39,856 nt of DNA from a virus (IMGVR_UViG_3300028594_000126:1-39856), one strand, 5' to 3'. Shown: positions 27,713 to 36,785, counted from the stretch's first letter. Program-made: numbers and translations. Notes: generated by a model not told the origin, from the sequence alone.

Positions 27713-28195
27713 TTATTCTTCAGTGGACTTATTCCTGTGTTTTTTGGGGATGTATTTTTTATTGATCCTTGTAGCTTGTCGTTCTGCATATTCAAGAGCA
27801 TCGAGTAATGACTCTATCGCTTCATCGCTTAGTGGATCTCCCATAAAGCTTAGTCCGTCTCCGGCAGCGCCTTCTTTTAAATCCTTTTTCAATTTTTCCA
27901 TACGTTTTGCGATATCGCGCTCATCTTTTTCTGTGAGCTCAGGAAATTCGTTTGATTCCGTATCGATCTCGCCTTCATCTTCTAAGTATCCAGCAACTTT
28001 CATCATTTCTTTATAAGGAATAGATAATGCATCAGACAACTTCTTTATATTTTCAGCTTTAGGAACTCCTCTTTTGCCATTTTCGATTCTGGACAATTGA
28101 GCAGCGCTTATGCCGGAATACAAAGATAGTTGATTTACTGTGAATCCCTTTTCTTCTCTTTTTTCTCTTAAATATTTACCGAAATCATTAGTCAT
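27713..28195 (-). CDS. Immunity repressor (XRE HTH, ImmR/CI-like)
   Basis: LREKREEKGFTVNQLS...LSRIENGKR HTH; divergent from the cro-like gene; ATG 28195 follows SD AGGAGA. Confidence 0.9.
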   Translation of the reverse strand: MTNDFGKYLREKREEKGFTVNQLSLYSGISAAQLSRIENGKRGVPKAENIKKLSDALSIPYKEMMKVAGYLEDEGEIDTESNEFPELTEKDERDIAKRMEKLKKDLKEGAAGDGLSFMGDPLSDEAIESLLDALEYAERQATRINKKYIPKKHRNKSTEE

Positions 28196-28251
28196 TGTAT
28201 TCTCTCCTACCGCTAACAATCCTTGTTACACCTCAATTCTATTTGATTCCA

Positions 28252-28351
28252 TTGCCAAAAGGAAATATTTTTTTATATTTTTTATAAAAAGTGTTGCCAA
28301 ATGGTAAAATAGATGCTATATTATTACCAAAAGGTAATTACCAAAAGGTAA
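28252..28351. promoter_or_regulatory. Genetic switch: four 14-bp operators and a rightward SigA promoter
   Basis: TT(A/G)CC-N4-GG(T/A)AA at 28252, 28294, 28324 and 28338; TTGCCA (28294), 17 bp, TATATT (28317) with extended TG. Confidence 0.85.
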
Positions 28352-28367
28352 AGGAAGTGAAAAACAC

Positions 28368-28640
28368 ATGAAACAAACTAGTGTCATCTTAGTCAAGACA
28401 GAATTCCTTCGAAACTACCTAAACGAGCACGAATTATCGGAAAGACAGTTTGCTGAAATTATAGGTGTAGCCCATAGCACTGTTAACCGTATCCTAAACG
28501 GTAAACGAAACCCAGGAGGCAAATTCGTTACTGGTGTTCTTCAAAATTTCAGTGATCTAAGTTTCGAACAAGTATTTTCTTATGGTAACCAATTACCAAA
28601 AGGTAACAAGAGCAAAGAGTCCGTCAAAGACGCGATTTGA
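28368..28640 (+). CDS. Cro-like XRE HTH regulator
   Basis: LSERQFAEIIGVAHSTVNRILNGKR HTH; first gene of the rightward operon. Confidence 0.85.
   Translation: MKQTSVILVKTEFLRNYLNEHELSERQFAEIIGVAHSTVNRILNGKRNPGGKFVTGVLQNFSDLSFEQVFSYGNQLPKGNKSKESVKDAI
28593..28606. promoter_or_regulatory. Distal operator copy inside the cro-like gene
   Basis: Exact TTACCAAAAGGTAA. Confidence 0.75.
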
Positions 28641-28658
28641 ATAAAGGAGGTTGCGGTA

Positions 28659-29450
28659 ATGGACCAATTAAAACCAGTTGAGCATTTAACAAAAATATTT
28701 GACGGTCAGCACTTAAGGATCGTTGAACAAAACAATGAACCTTGGTTTTTACTAAATGACCTAGTCAAAATCTTAGGTCTTAGCAATAGCAGAATGGTGA
28801 AAAGCCGATTAGATGATGACGTAAGTTCAACTTACCCCATCAAAGATTCGTTGGGAAGAACCCAACAGGCAACATTTGTAAATGAAGATGGTTTATACGA
28901 TGTCATTCTTGATAGTCGTAAACCGGAAGCGAAGAAGTTCAGGAAGTGGATAACGTCCGAAGTCCTTCCGTCTATCCGGAAAACCGGAGGATACGTAAAT
29001 AACGACGAGTTGTTCATTCAGACTTATTTACCTCATGCGGACGAACAGACGAAAGCCTTATTCAAAACAACTCTTAGCACTGTGCGTCAACAGAATGAAC
29101 AAATAGCAGCCATGAAACCGAAAGTACTTTTTGCAGATGCGGTTGAAACATCAGAGTCGTCCGTCCTGGTGGGTGAGCTATCTAAAATATTGAAGCAGAA
29201 CGGAATAGACATAGGACAAAACAGACTATTCAAATGGCTTAGAGATAATGGCTTCTTAATTAAAAAGCGGGGTGAATCTTTTAATCTCCCTACCCAAAGA
29301 AGTATGGAAATGGGACTGTTTGAAATAAAAAAGAGAACCATAAACAATCCCGATGGATCCATCCGGACTACCAGGACACCCAAGGTCACTGGTAAGGGTC
29401 AAATATATTTTGTAAATAAATTCTTATCTGAAAAAGAAGCTGTGATTTAA
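28659..29450 (+). CDS. Phage antirepressor (BRO-N plus ANT/KilAC)
   Basis: SRKPEAKKFRKWITSEVLPSIRKTG, PKVLFADAV and KVTGKGQIYF motifs. Confidence 0.93.
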   Translation: MDQLKPVEHLTKIFDGQHLRIVEQNNEPWFLLNDLVKILGLSNSRMVKSRLDDDVSSTYPIKDSLGRTQQATFVNEDGLYDVILDSRKPEAKKFRKWITSEVLPSIRKTGGYVNNDELFIQTYLPHADEQTKALFKTTLSTVRQQNEQIAAMKPKVLFADAVETSESSVLVGELSKILKQNGIDIGQNRLFKWLRDNGFLIKKRGESFNLPTQRSMEMGLFEIKKRTINNPDGSIRTTRTPKVTGKGQIYFVNKFLSEKEAVI

Positions 29451-29544
29451 CCTCCTATTCATAGTTTACTAGGAGTTTAAATAAAAAACTGACCAGTTCC
29501 TGCACCAAATGTGCAAATTCTGCACAAGGGGGTGAAGAGAAGGT

Positions 29545-29817
29545 ATGTTGTTTGGATCAATTCTTAGGAAAGCGAGGTTGAACGCAGGGCTAAGCCAAGA
29601 AGAACTAGCAGAAAAATTATATTTATCCAGAAGTGCAGTATCACGATTGGAAAACGACAAATTGGAGCTGAAAGCAGCGGACTTAATTAGATGGTTCCAG
29701 GTGACAAATGCACCAGAAGTGGCAGCGGCCATGATTTGCGGAGTAGATGTTACAGCGTTATCGCAGCTGATATCAAGTTTAAGTACTTTTGTAGGAGTGA
29801 TCATCACATGGATTTAA
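29545..29817 (+). CDS. XRE HTH protein
   Basis: ARLNAGLSQEELAEKLYLSRSAVSRLEND. Confidence 0.85.
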   Translation: MLFGSILRKARLNAGLSQEELAEKLYLSRSAVSRLENDKLELKAADLIRWFQVTNAPEVAAAMICGVDVTALSQLISSLSTFVGVIITWI

Positions 29818-30005
29818 GTAATTTTGAAAACAAAAACATGAATATAAAAGTATCTGATGCTGCAAAAATTTTAGGTAAATCGGAACAGTTTGTTCGGATA
29901 GGGTTACAAAGAAAGTTACTCCCGATCGGAACAGCGGTTCAAATGTCTAGCAAGTGGACCTATCACATATCACCTAAACTCCTAAAGGAATACGTTGGAG
30001 AATGA
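29808..30005 (+). CDS. Small winged-helix DNA-binding protein, possible excisionase
   Basis: IKVSDAAKILGKSEQFVRIGLQ; ATG 29808 follows SD AGGAGTGA (ATG 29838 is an alternative). Confidence 0.6.
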   Translation: MDLSNFENKNMNIKVSDAAKILGKSEQFVRIGLQRKLLPIGTAVQMSSKWTYHISPKLLKEYVGE

Positions 30006-30214
30006 TTGCATCAAGAATCTACATAACAGGGTCCAAGGGGGTGAACTTTTTGAAGTTGAGCGGATCGTCTTATTGCGGAGAATGCTTAGAAGATTTTAAG
30101 GATGGAGAAACCGTCTGGTATGCATGGATAGAAAATCGCTCTTTCTGCGGTAAATGCAAACAAAAATTAGACATCAAAGATTGGGAACCGAGGATTTATA
30201 AGGAGGGAAAGTAA
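30002..30214 (+). CDS. Small zinc-finger protein
   Basis: CGEC...CGKC; start uncertain (a downstream TTG after AGGGGGTGA is possible). Confidence 0.65.
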   Translation: MIASRIYITGSKGVNFLKLSGSSYCGECLEDFKDGETVWYAWIENRSFCGKCKQKLDIKDWEPRIYKEGK

Positions 30215-30360
30215 TGCTTAGAAAAATTCGCAGAAGCCTTACAGATTATTTTATCGGCGACGTTGATGAAGTTCCTGTTTCGGATGAGATTTGGTTTTAT
30301 GGTTTCTATGTAGTTGTGCTTTTGGTTGTTATCATCACATTTTCAATAATTCTATTTTAG
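30214..30360 (+). CDS. 48-aa single-transmembrane protein, not in the ORF track
   Basis: MLRKIRRSLTDYFIGDVDEVPVSDEIWFYGFYVVVLLVVIITFSIILF*; SD AAGGAGG; TAATG coupling. Confidence 0.7.
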   Translation: MLRKIRRSLTDYFIGDVDEVPVSDEIWFYGFYVVVLLVVIITFSIILF

Positions 30361-30372
30361 GAGGTTTAGAAA

Positions 30373-30582
30373 ATGAATGTAGATCAACTGATTGAATCTG
30401 GGGCAAACGTAAAGATTAGCTTTCATAGAAATAAAGATCTGAATGAAGCGTATAACAAATTGGCTCCGTTTAAGCATCTCGGCGAGATTAAATTGATACA
30501 TTACGAAGGTTCATTCTGGGCGACGATAGAAACGGACGACGTTCAAGTGACCGCATTCTACGGAAAAAGGACAAAAAAATAA
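30373..30582 (+). CDS. Hypothetical phage protein
   Basis: 69 aa, SD AGGAGGT. Confidence 0.7.
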   Translation: MNVDQLIESGANVKISFHRNKDLNEAYNKLAPFKHLGEIKLIHYEGSFWATIETDDVQVTAFYGKRTKK

Positions 30583-30648
30583 CTCGTGCTGCAACACGAG
30601 TAATCCATAACCTAAACCAATTGTACCACGTTAAAGTGGTGCGGGCAA

Positions 30649-30736
30649 GCTGGTCTTGCCTTAGTGAGTGAGGAGCAGGCATTTGGTTTCCCGCCTATCC
30701 CCCTGGCTTGTTCCTACTCACTAAGGTGCGACTAGC
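30649..30736 (+). ncRNA. Candidate structured RNA: ~29-bp stem with a C-rich loop
   Basis: Perfect CCTTAGTGAGT/ACTCACTAAGG core with flanking helices that contain G-U pairs on the + strand. Confidence 0.55.
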
Positions 30737-30763
30737 ACAATACATAAAAGGAGGTGTACTTAA

Positions 30764-30979
30764 GTGACATTTGGAGAAATGTTAGGGTTCACCAAGCGAT
30801 TTCAGGACATCATGAAGTGTTGTGAAACTAGCGAACTTAAAACAAAGCGCTTGTCGCGGTTAATGACTGATTTGGAGATTGCTTATGGGATCCCATCGTT
30901 AAAGGATGAAAAATTTGAAAAGGAAAATCCATATCTCATTAAGCTGTATCGAACGATTTCGGAAGCCAGAGTGTTTTAA
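30764..30979 (+). CDS. Hypothetical phage protein
   Basis: 71 aa, SD AAAGGAGGTG. Confidence 0.75.
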   Translation: MTFGEMLGFTKRFQDIMKCCETSELKTKRLSRLMTDLEIAYGIPSLKDEKFEKENPYLIKLYRTISEARVF

Positions 30980-31082
30980 AACAAAAATGACACGTTCGGC
31001 AGACGTGTCAGGAAACTTTTAAATAATTCTATTAAGCCAATTATAACACACTTTCGTAATTGGCTTCAACGGAGGGATATTA

Positions 31083-33092
31083 GTGAAGAAAATTGAGTTA
31101 ATCAATTTAACGTTAAGGAATTTTAAAGGGGTAAAAGATTTTTCGTTACCAGCAGACGGAAATGACATTCGAGTATTCGGTGACAACGCAACTGGAAAGA
31201 CAACTTTGTTTGATGCATTTGTGTGGCTCTTATTTGATAAGGATAGCCAAAACAAGAAAGACTTCGATATCAAAACGCTTGGTAAAAATGGAAAGGTTAT
31301 CCACGGACTTGAGCATGAAGTAGAAGGTGCTTTCTCGATTAACGGCAACCAAGTGAATTTGAGAAAAGTCTACAAGGAAAAATGGACCAAGAAGCGTGGA
31401 TCAGCAACATCTGAATTTACGGGACACACCACTGATTATTTTATCGATGGGGTTCCTTCTAAGAAAAAGGATTATGAGAAATTCATATCCGACCTGATTG
31501 ACGAAGATATCTTTAAACTGTTGACCAATCCAGCGTTTTTTAACGAACAGCTAAAAAAAGACGAAAGACGGAAGGTTCTCCTGGACTTGGCTGGTGACAT
31601 TACAGATGAAGAGGTTATCGCATCTAATGAAAAATTGACCAAGCTACCAGAAATTCTTCAAGGAAGAACGATCGAGAATCACAGAAAAATCATTGCTTCC
31701 AGAAGAGCGGAAATTAACAAGGAACTGGATAAAATCCCGGTTCGGATTGATGAAATCCAAAGAAATTTACCAAGTGTGGATGAATCGGAAAAAGCTTCAC
31801 TTGAAAATAAAATCAGCACAATCAATTCAGAGATTGACGAAAAACAGGATTACATTTCTAGTATTCGCAACGGAAGCGCGATTACTCAAAAACAAAGAGA
31901 AATTCAAGAAGTCGAAATTGAATTGATGAAGATTAAGCAAATTCACGAATCCGGATCCAAAGATGACATTTACAGATATAAAGCACGGATCCAAGAGGAA
32001 GAATCGAACGCAAACATTCTTAAACGTGATTTGGAAAATATTAATCAACAAATCGAGTACAACAAAGAAAGCATTCAATCAATCGAAAGCAATCTGGTCG
32101 AATTGCGACAAGAGTGGCACGAAGCTAACAACCTTGAATTTACGCATAACGATCAATGCGAATGCCCAGCTTGTGGCCAATCGTTACCGGAAGAGCAAGT
32201 TGAAGCGGCTCGAGAAAAGGCCTTGTCTCAATTTAATTTAGAAAAATCGAAACGCTTGGAAGAAATTAATACAAAAGGAAAACGTGGAGCAGAACGTAAG
32301 AAAACACTTGCTGCTGAAAACGAAAAACTAGCTGAAAAAGCAGGAAAGATTCAGTCTCAAATATCTGATAAAGAAGAAGCGGTTGAGAAGTTAAAAAATC
32401 AACTGGAAACGTTGGAGAGTCAAGTAGTAGACATTACCGAAAATGCACAGTATGTCGAAAAACTCCAAGAAAAGCAGACCCTGACAAAAGAGTTAGAAGA
32501 AATCAAAATGTCTGCAGATAAAACAATTCAAGAAGTTCAGATGGAAATTATTAATTTGAAAACAGAACGTGATCAGATTCAAGCAGAACTCGGACAGTTT
32601 GCAGTCGTTAATCAATCACTTAAGCGGATTGAAGAGCTTCAGAAAGAAGAAAGGGAACTTGCAGCAGAATTTGAAAAACTTGAACACGAACTATATCTCA
32701 CAGAAGAATTTATCCGATCTAAAGTTGATTTGCTTGAAGAGAAAATCAACAGCAAGTTCAAATATGCTCGCTTCAAACTATTTGAGCGACAAATTAACGG
32801 CGGATTGAAAGAAGAGTGCGAGACCATGTTTGAGGGAGTTCCATACAGCAGCGGTCTAAATAACGCAGCGAAAATCAATGTCGGCTTAGATATCATCAAT
32901 ACTCTGTCAGAGCATTATGGTTTCTCTGCACCAATATTCGTTGATAACGCAGAGGCAGTCACAAAGCTCATCGATACGGATTCACAGCTGATCAGTTTGG
33001 TTGTATCTGGAAAGGACAAGCAATTGCGTATCGAAAAGCCGGATTCTGAAAACGAATCTGACGGAACGGTATTGAACTTGGGGGTAGTTTAA
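31083..33092 (+). CDS. SbcC/Rad50-like coiled-coil ATPase
   Basis: Walker A GDNATGKTT, long coiled coil, CPAC zinc hook, Walker B IFVDNAE. Confidence 0.9.
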   Translation: MKKIELINLTLRNFKGVKDFSLPADGNDIRVFGDNATGKTTLFDAFVWLLFDKDSQNKKDFDIKTLGKNGKVIHGLEHEVEGAFSINGNQVNLRKVYKEKWTKKRGSATSEFTGHTTDYFIDGVPSKKKDYEKFISDLIDEDIFKLLTNPAFFNEQLKKDERRKVLLDLAGDITDEEVIASNEKLTKLPEILQGRTIENHRKIIASRRAEINKELDKIPVRIDEIQRNLPSVDESEKASLENKISTINSEIDEKQDYISSIRNGSAITQKQREIQEVEIELMKIKQIHESGSKDDIYRYKARIQEEESNANILKRDLENINQQIEYNKESIQSIESNLVELRQEWHEANNLEFTHNDQCECPACGQSLPEEQVEAAREKALSQFNLEKSKRLEEINTKGKRGAERKKTLAAENEKLAEKAGKIQSQISDKEEAVEKLKNQLETLESQVVDITENAQYVEKLQEKQTLTKELEEIKMSADKTIQEVQMEIINLKTERDQIQAELGQFAVVNQSLKRIEELQKEERELAAEFEKLEHELYLTEEFIRSKVDLLEEKINSKFKYARFKLFERQINGGLKEECETMFEGVPYSSGLNNAAKINVGLDIINTLSEHYGFSAPIFVDNAEAVTKLIDTDSQLISLVVSGKDKQLRIEKPDSENESDGTVLNLGVV

Positions 33093-33338
33093 ATGCCAGA
33101 AACTGTTGTCATCAAGATCGAATCTTGTCCAGGGTGGGAAGGCTTCCGGCGGGAGCGCCTTCTCATCAACGACAAGGAAGTAATGTATGCAGGTCCGTTA
33201 TCTGAATGCCCAGAAGATGCAATTCTTGAACGTGATCTACTCGGACCAAGTGACTTTATAAATTTGTTGGAAAACATTATCGAAGAACATAACGGAAAGA
33301 AAATTAAATTCGAATATGAAGAAGTGGAGGAATTTTAA
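33093..33338 (+). CDS. Hypothetical protein
   Basis: 81 aa coupled on both sides; ECPEDAILERDL motif. Confidence 0.7.
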   Translation: MPETVVIKIESCPGWEGFRRERLLINDKEVMYAGPLSECPEDAILERDLLGPSDFINLLENIIEEHNGKKIKFEYEEVEEF

Positions 33339-34321
33339 TGGCAAATCAAAACGAAAACCAAGTTGTAGAACAAAACAAGACTGTCGCTACTCAATCTGAA
33401 CGCTTCTTGGCCAATGTGCAAAAGCAATTTGCTGCAGAAGCAGGGGCTCCGGTCGCTTTTACAGATTACGAGAAATCTTTAGCTCAACATCTATTCTTGA
33501 AGGTTGATAACGTTCTGAAAGACTTTGAGGAAAAACGCCAAAAGGATGGAAAGAACAATATAACTCCATATACTTGGCAAAACATTAACATGCGTAAGTT
33601 AGCACTAGATGCTGTGCATAGAGTGAAGTTGGGTCTTGATGCATTAATTCCTAACCATATTCATCCGGTTCCTTATTTCAACCGGAGAGAAGGAAAGTAT
33701 GACCTCGATCTACGCGTGGGATATGTAGGGAAGGCATACTACCGCATCCAATCAGCAGTTGAGACTCCGGTCGATGTAGTGTTCGAACTCGTTTATAGCA
33801 CAGATACATTCAAACCTATTAAAAAGTCATTCAATAATCCTGTGGAGTCTTACGAATTTGAAATAAACAACCCATTTGACCGCGGGAATGTAATTGGAGG
33901 ATTCGGTTACATCGTGTATGAAGATGAGAGAAAAAACACTCTCGTAATGGTGTCAGAAGCAGACTTCGAAAAATCCCGCAAGGCAGCTCAAAGCGATGCG
34001 TTTTGGTCTAAGTATCCGATTGAAATGCGGTACAAGACACTGGTTCACCGGGTGACAGATAGATTAACGATTGATCCTAAGAAAATTAACGCTGCATCTT
34101 ATGCTTATGTTGAAAATCAAGAAAGTGAAACCGAAGCACGCCGTGAAATCAACGAGAACGCCAACAGGGAAGTGATTGACATTGTTCCAGACAATTCCCT
34201 CAATGAACCTGAATTCGAACCAGAACCGGCGGTAAACAAACAAAACAAAGCACCTGAAGAACAACAGCAGACTCAACCACAAGTGCAACAACTAACTGGC
34301 ACGGATGGTCCTGGCTGGTGA
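33338..34321 (+). CDS. recT: RecT-like single-strand annealing protein
   Basis: GYVG, VYSTDTF, RGNVIGGFGYI and FWSKYPIEMRYKT motifs; low-complexity tail. Confidence 0.8.
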   Translation: MANQNENQVVEQNKTVATQSERFLANVQKQFAAEAGAPVAFTDYEKSLAQHLFLKVDNVLKDFEEKRQKDGKNNITPYTWQNINMRKLALDAVHRVKLGLDALIPNHIHPVPYFNRREGKYDLDLRVGYVGKAYYRIQSAVETPVDVVFELVYSTDTFKPIKKSFNNPVESYEFEINNPFDRGNVIGGFGYIVYEDERKNTLVMVSEADFEKSRKAAQSDAFWSKYPIEMRYKTLVHRVTDRLTIDPKKINAASYAYVENQESETEARREINENANREVIDIVPDNSLNEPEFEPEPAVNKQNKAPEEQQQTQPQVQQLTGTDGPGW

Positions 34322-35019
34322 TTGAAATTAAAACTTTAGCAACAGGTAGTTCTGGGAATTGCTACTGGGTTTCAGACGGTAGCACCCAGATCCTGTTGGA
34401 ATGTGGAATCAGTTATAAAGAGATTCAAAAAGCGCTTGATTTTAACACGATGGGAATTTCCGGAGTTTTAGTGACACATGAACATAAAGACCATTCAAAA
34501 GCAGTGAAAGAAGTTTCTAATCGAGGATTCGATGTTTATATGTCACCAGGAACGAAAGAGGCTCTCGGATTGAATCATCATCGAATAAAGACAGTGGAAA
34601 GCAGGAGTCAATTCAAAATCGGTACTTGGACCATATTGCCGTTTGACGTGGAGCATGATGTAAGTGAGCCGTATGGTTTCTTACTCGCTAATCAAGCGGG
34701 AGAAAAACTTTTATTCGCCACTGATACTTTTTATGTTCGTTACCGTTTCAATGGATTAACTCACATCATGATTGAATGCAACTACAGCATGGATATTCTT
34801 AACGAAAACATCAGAACGGGACGAGCACACAAAGGCATGAAAAGGAGGTTGGTAAAATCTCACTTTTCATTAGAAAACGTCAAAGACTTTTTATTGGCGA
34901 ATGACTTGAGTAAAGTGCAGGAAATCCACCTACTCCATCTATCGGACACGAACAGCGATGAGGAGTTGTTTAAAAAGGAGATCCAGGAGCTTACTGGAAA
35001 GTTGGTCTTTGTGCCGTAA
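34318..35019 (+). CDS. Metallo-beta-lactamase-fold hydrolase (probable nuclease)
   Basis: GSSGN, THEHKDH, ATDT, IECNY and HLS motifs. Confidence 0.9.
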   Translation: MIEIKTLATGSSGNCYWVSDGSTQILLECGISYKEIQKALDFNTMGISGVLVTHEHKDHSKAVKEVSNRGFDVYMSPGTKEALGLNHHRIKTVESRSQFKIGTWTILPFDVEHDVSEPYGFLLANQAGEKLLFATDTFYVRYRFNGLTHIMIECNYSMDILNENIRTGRAHKGMKRRLVKSHFSLENVKDFLLANDLSKVQEIHLLHLSDTNSDEELFKKEIQELTGKLVFVP

Positions 35020-35035
35020 GGAAGGAGAAATCGGG

Positions 35036-36013
35036 GTGGAAAATTCAATACAAACATCGGGGTTTGTGATCCAACCCCGATTACAATTCAAAAAGACAAA
35101 GGATATGATGCTATATCAACTTTTCGTCTATCTAGCAAACTACGAAAATAGCACCAACTGCAAACGTGGGCAGCTCATCACTTCGTCTTTAAGTCTATCA
35201 AACGAAACTGGATGGACCAGGGCGGAGATAAGAGGATCTATTAAACGGCTGGAAGATGATGGACACATAATTTCCAAGCCGTACAAAAGGAACAAGGGAC
35301 TATTGATTACCGTTTCAAATTATGATGATTACCAAAAATTAACAAATTATAACAAAAAAATTAACCAACAGGATAACCAACAGGATAACCAACACAACAG
35401 CCAACAGGATAACCAACAAGGAAAACCCGAAATCCCTTGCGACAGTAAGGAGGATGACGACTTGAAAAACGAAAATAACCAACAGGATAACCAACAAGGT
35501 AGCCAACAGGATAGCCAACTCAATAACCACACTATAACAACATATATAAACAGCATTATAAACAACAATATAAACAACAATATAACATTAAAAGAGTATA
35601 TCGCTGAAGCGCCAGTAAAAAACAAGAATTTGACTACCACCGAAGAGATTGAAACCTTTGTTGATTTTGCTACGCAAACCAACGCCCTACCAGCAGGGAT
35701 TAATTCTAAATTGCTTGTCTCTTACTTTGATTGTATTCGCCTAACAAGGCAAACATGCACAATATCTGCAAATATTCTTGTGAAATTTCTTGAAAAAATA
35801 CAAAAGTATTCTGCAAATCAGATTCATTACGCTCTTTGGAAACACATTGATCAGCATGATGACAAAAGAGAATCATATACTCTTGGCATTTTGCGAAACA
35901 CAAAAGAACCAGAAGCAAGAAGAGGCTTGATAAAACTGAAAAACAGAAACGGCGGTGAAAACCTTGCAACCAATCAGTCAAGTGATCAGCAGAAGTATGA
36001 CTACGGGTTCTAG
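35036..36013 (+). CDS. Replication initiator (lambda O-like organisation)
   Basis: N-terminal winged helix (KRGQLITS...ITVSNYDDYQ), internal DNA repeats, precedes a DnaC-like gene; GTG 35036 follows SD AAGGAG. Confidence 0.8.
   Translation: MENSIQTSGFVIQPRLQFKKTKDMMLYQLFVYLANYENSTNCKRGQLITSSLSLSNETGWTRAEIRGSIKRLEDDGHIISKPYKRNKGLLITVSNYDDYQKLTNYNKKINQQDNQQDNQHNSQQDNQQGKPEIPCDSKEDDDLKNENNQQDNQQGSQQDSQLNNHTITTYINSIINNNINNNITLKEYIAEAPVKNKNLTTTEEIETFVDFATQTNALPAGINSKLLVSYFDCIRLTRQTCTISANILVKFLEKIQKYSANQIHYALWKHIDQHDDKRESYTLGILRNTKEPEARRGLIKLKNRNGGENLATNQSSDQQKYDYGF
35363..35536 (+). repeat. 12-bp iterons (AACCAACAGGAT), two clusters of about five; probable phage origin
   Basis: Copies span 35363-35422 and 35477-35536 and are followed by an AT-rich tract. 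Confidence 0.8.
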
Positions 36014-36785
36014 TCCATTTGACAGTTTTAAAGTTATCAACCGTTATTGCTGTTTGAAATGTCGGGGAGAAGTAAAGGTGGCCAGATTCAAACACGCAAT
36101 TGGTCCGTATAAAGGTCAGGAAGTTGAACACACAACAGGTTGCAATTGCGAGATTCTCGACAAAATAAAAGCCGATCAACAAAAAGCGAAGGCAGCTAAG
36201 GTCAGGGCCATCTTTGAAGAAAACAGTTTGATCAATCCGGCGCTCCAGGATGCAACCTTTGAGAACTTTGAACCGGGAGAATTCAGTGAAGAACTTGAAA
36301 AGGCAAAACGTTATGTTCGGGAATTCGACTTAAAAAAACCGAGGAACTTATTCTTCCAAGGATCCTTCGGAACAGGAAAAAGCCATTTGTCAGTGTCTAT
36401 AACAAAGGCATTGACGGAAAAAGGTTACTCAACGATTTTCATATCGACGCCAAAACTTTTAACAAAATTAAGAAGCACTTACGGCAAGAACTCCGAACAA
36501 ACGGAGAGTGAAGTATTGCGTGCCATTTATGATGCGGATTTGGTTGTCTTTGACGATATCGGTGCAGAAGGAGACATTTCCGGTTGGGGGATGCAAAAAA
36601 TCTTCGAAGTGATTGATCAAAGAGCCGGTAAGCACAATGTCTATACAACAAATTTAAGTTCCGACGACTTTGCAGCATCGAGAGATTTAAACCGCATCTT
36701 CTCAAGAATGATGATGAACGCTGAACCAGTGATTATGAACGGTACAGATTACCGAAGAAAACAATTTTTGAAAGGGATGAATTAA
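35955..36785 (+). CDS. DnaC/IstB-like helicase loader ATPase
   Basis: Zinc-binding cysteines, ATFENF, GSFGTGKS, VFDDIG, YTTNL and RIFSRM motifs. Confidence 0.9.
   Translation: MKTLQPISQVISRSMTTGSSPFDSFKVINRYCCLKCRGEVKVARFKHAIGPYKGQEVEHTTGCNCEILDKIKADQQKAKAAKVRAIFEENSLINPALQDATFENFEPGEFSEELEKAKRYVREFDLKKPRNLFFQGSFGTGKSHLSVSITKALTEKGYSTIFISTPKLLTKLRSTYGKNSEQTESEVLRAIYDADLVVFDDIGAEGDISGWGMQKIFEVIDQRAGKHNVYTTNLSSDDFAASRDLNRIFSRMMMNAEPVIMNGTDYRRKQFLKGMN

Noticed and set aside
31083-33092. SMC-based defence system (Wadjet/Lamassu)
   Set aside because: No partner genes; it sits in the early recombination operon next to a RecT-like gene.
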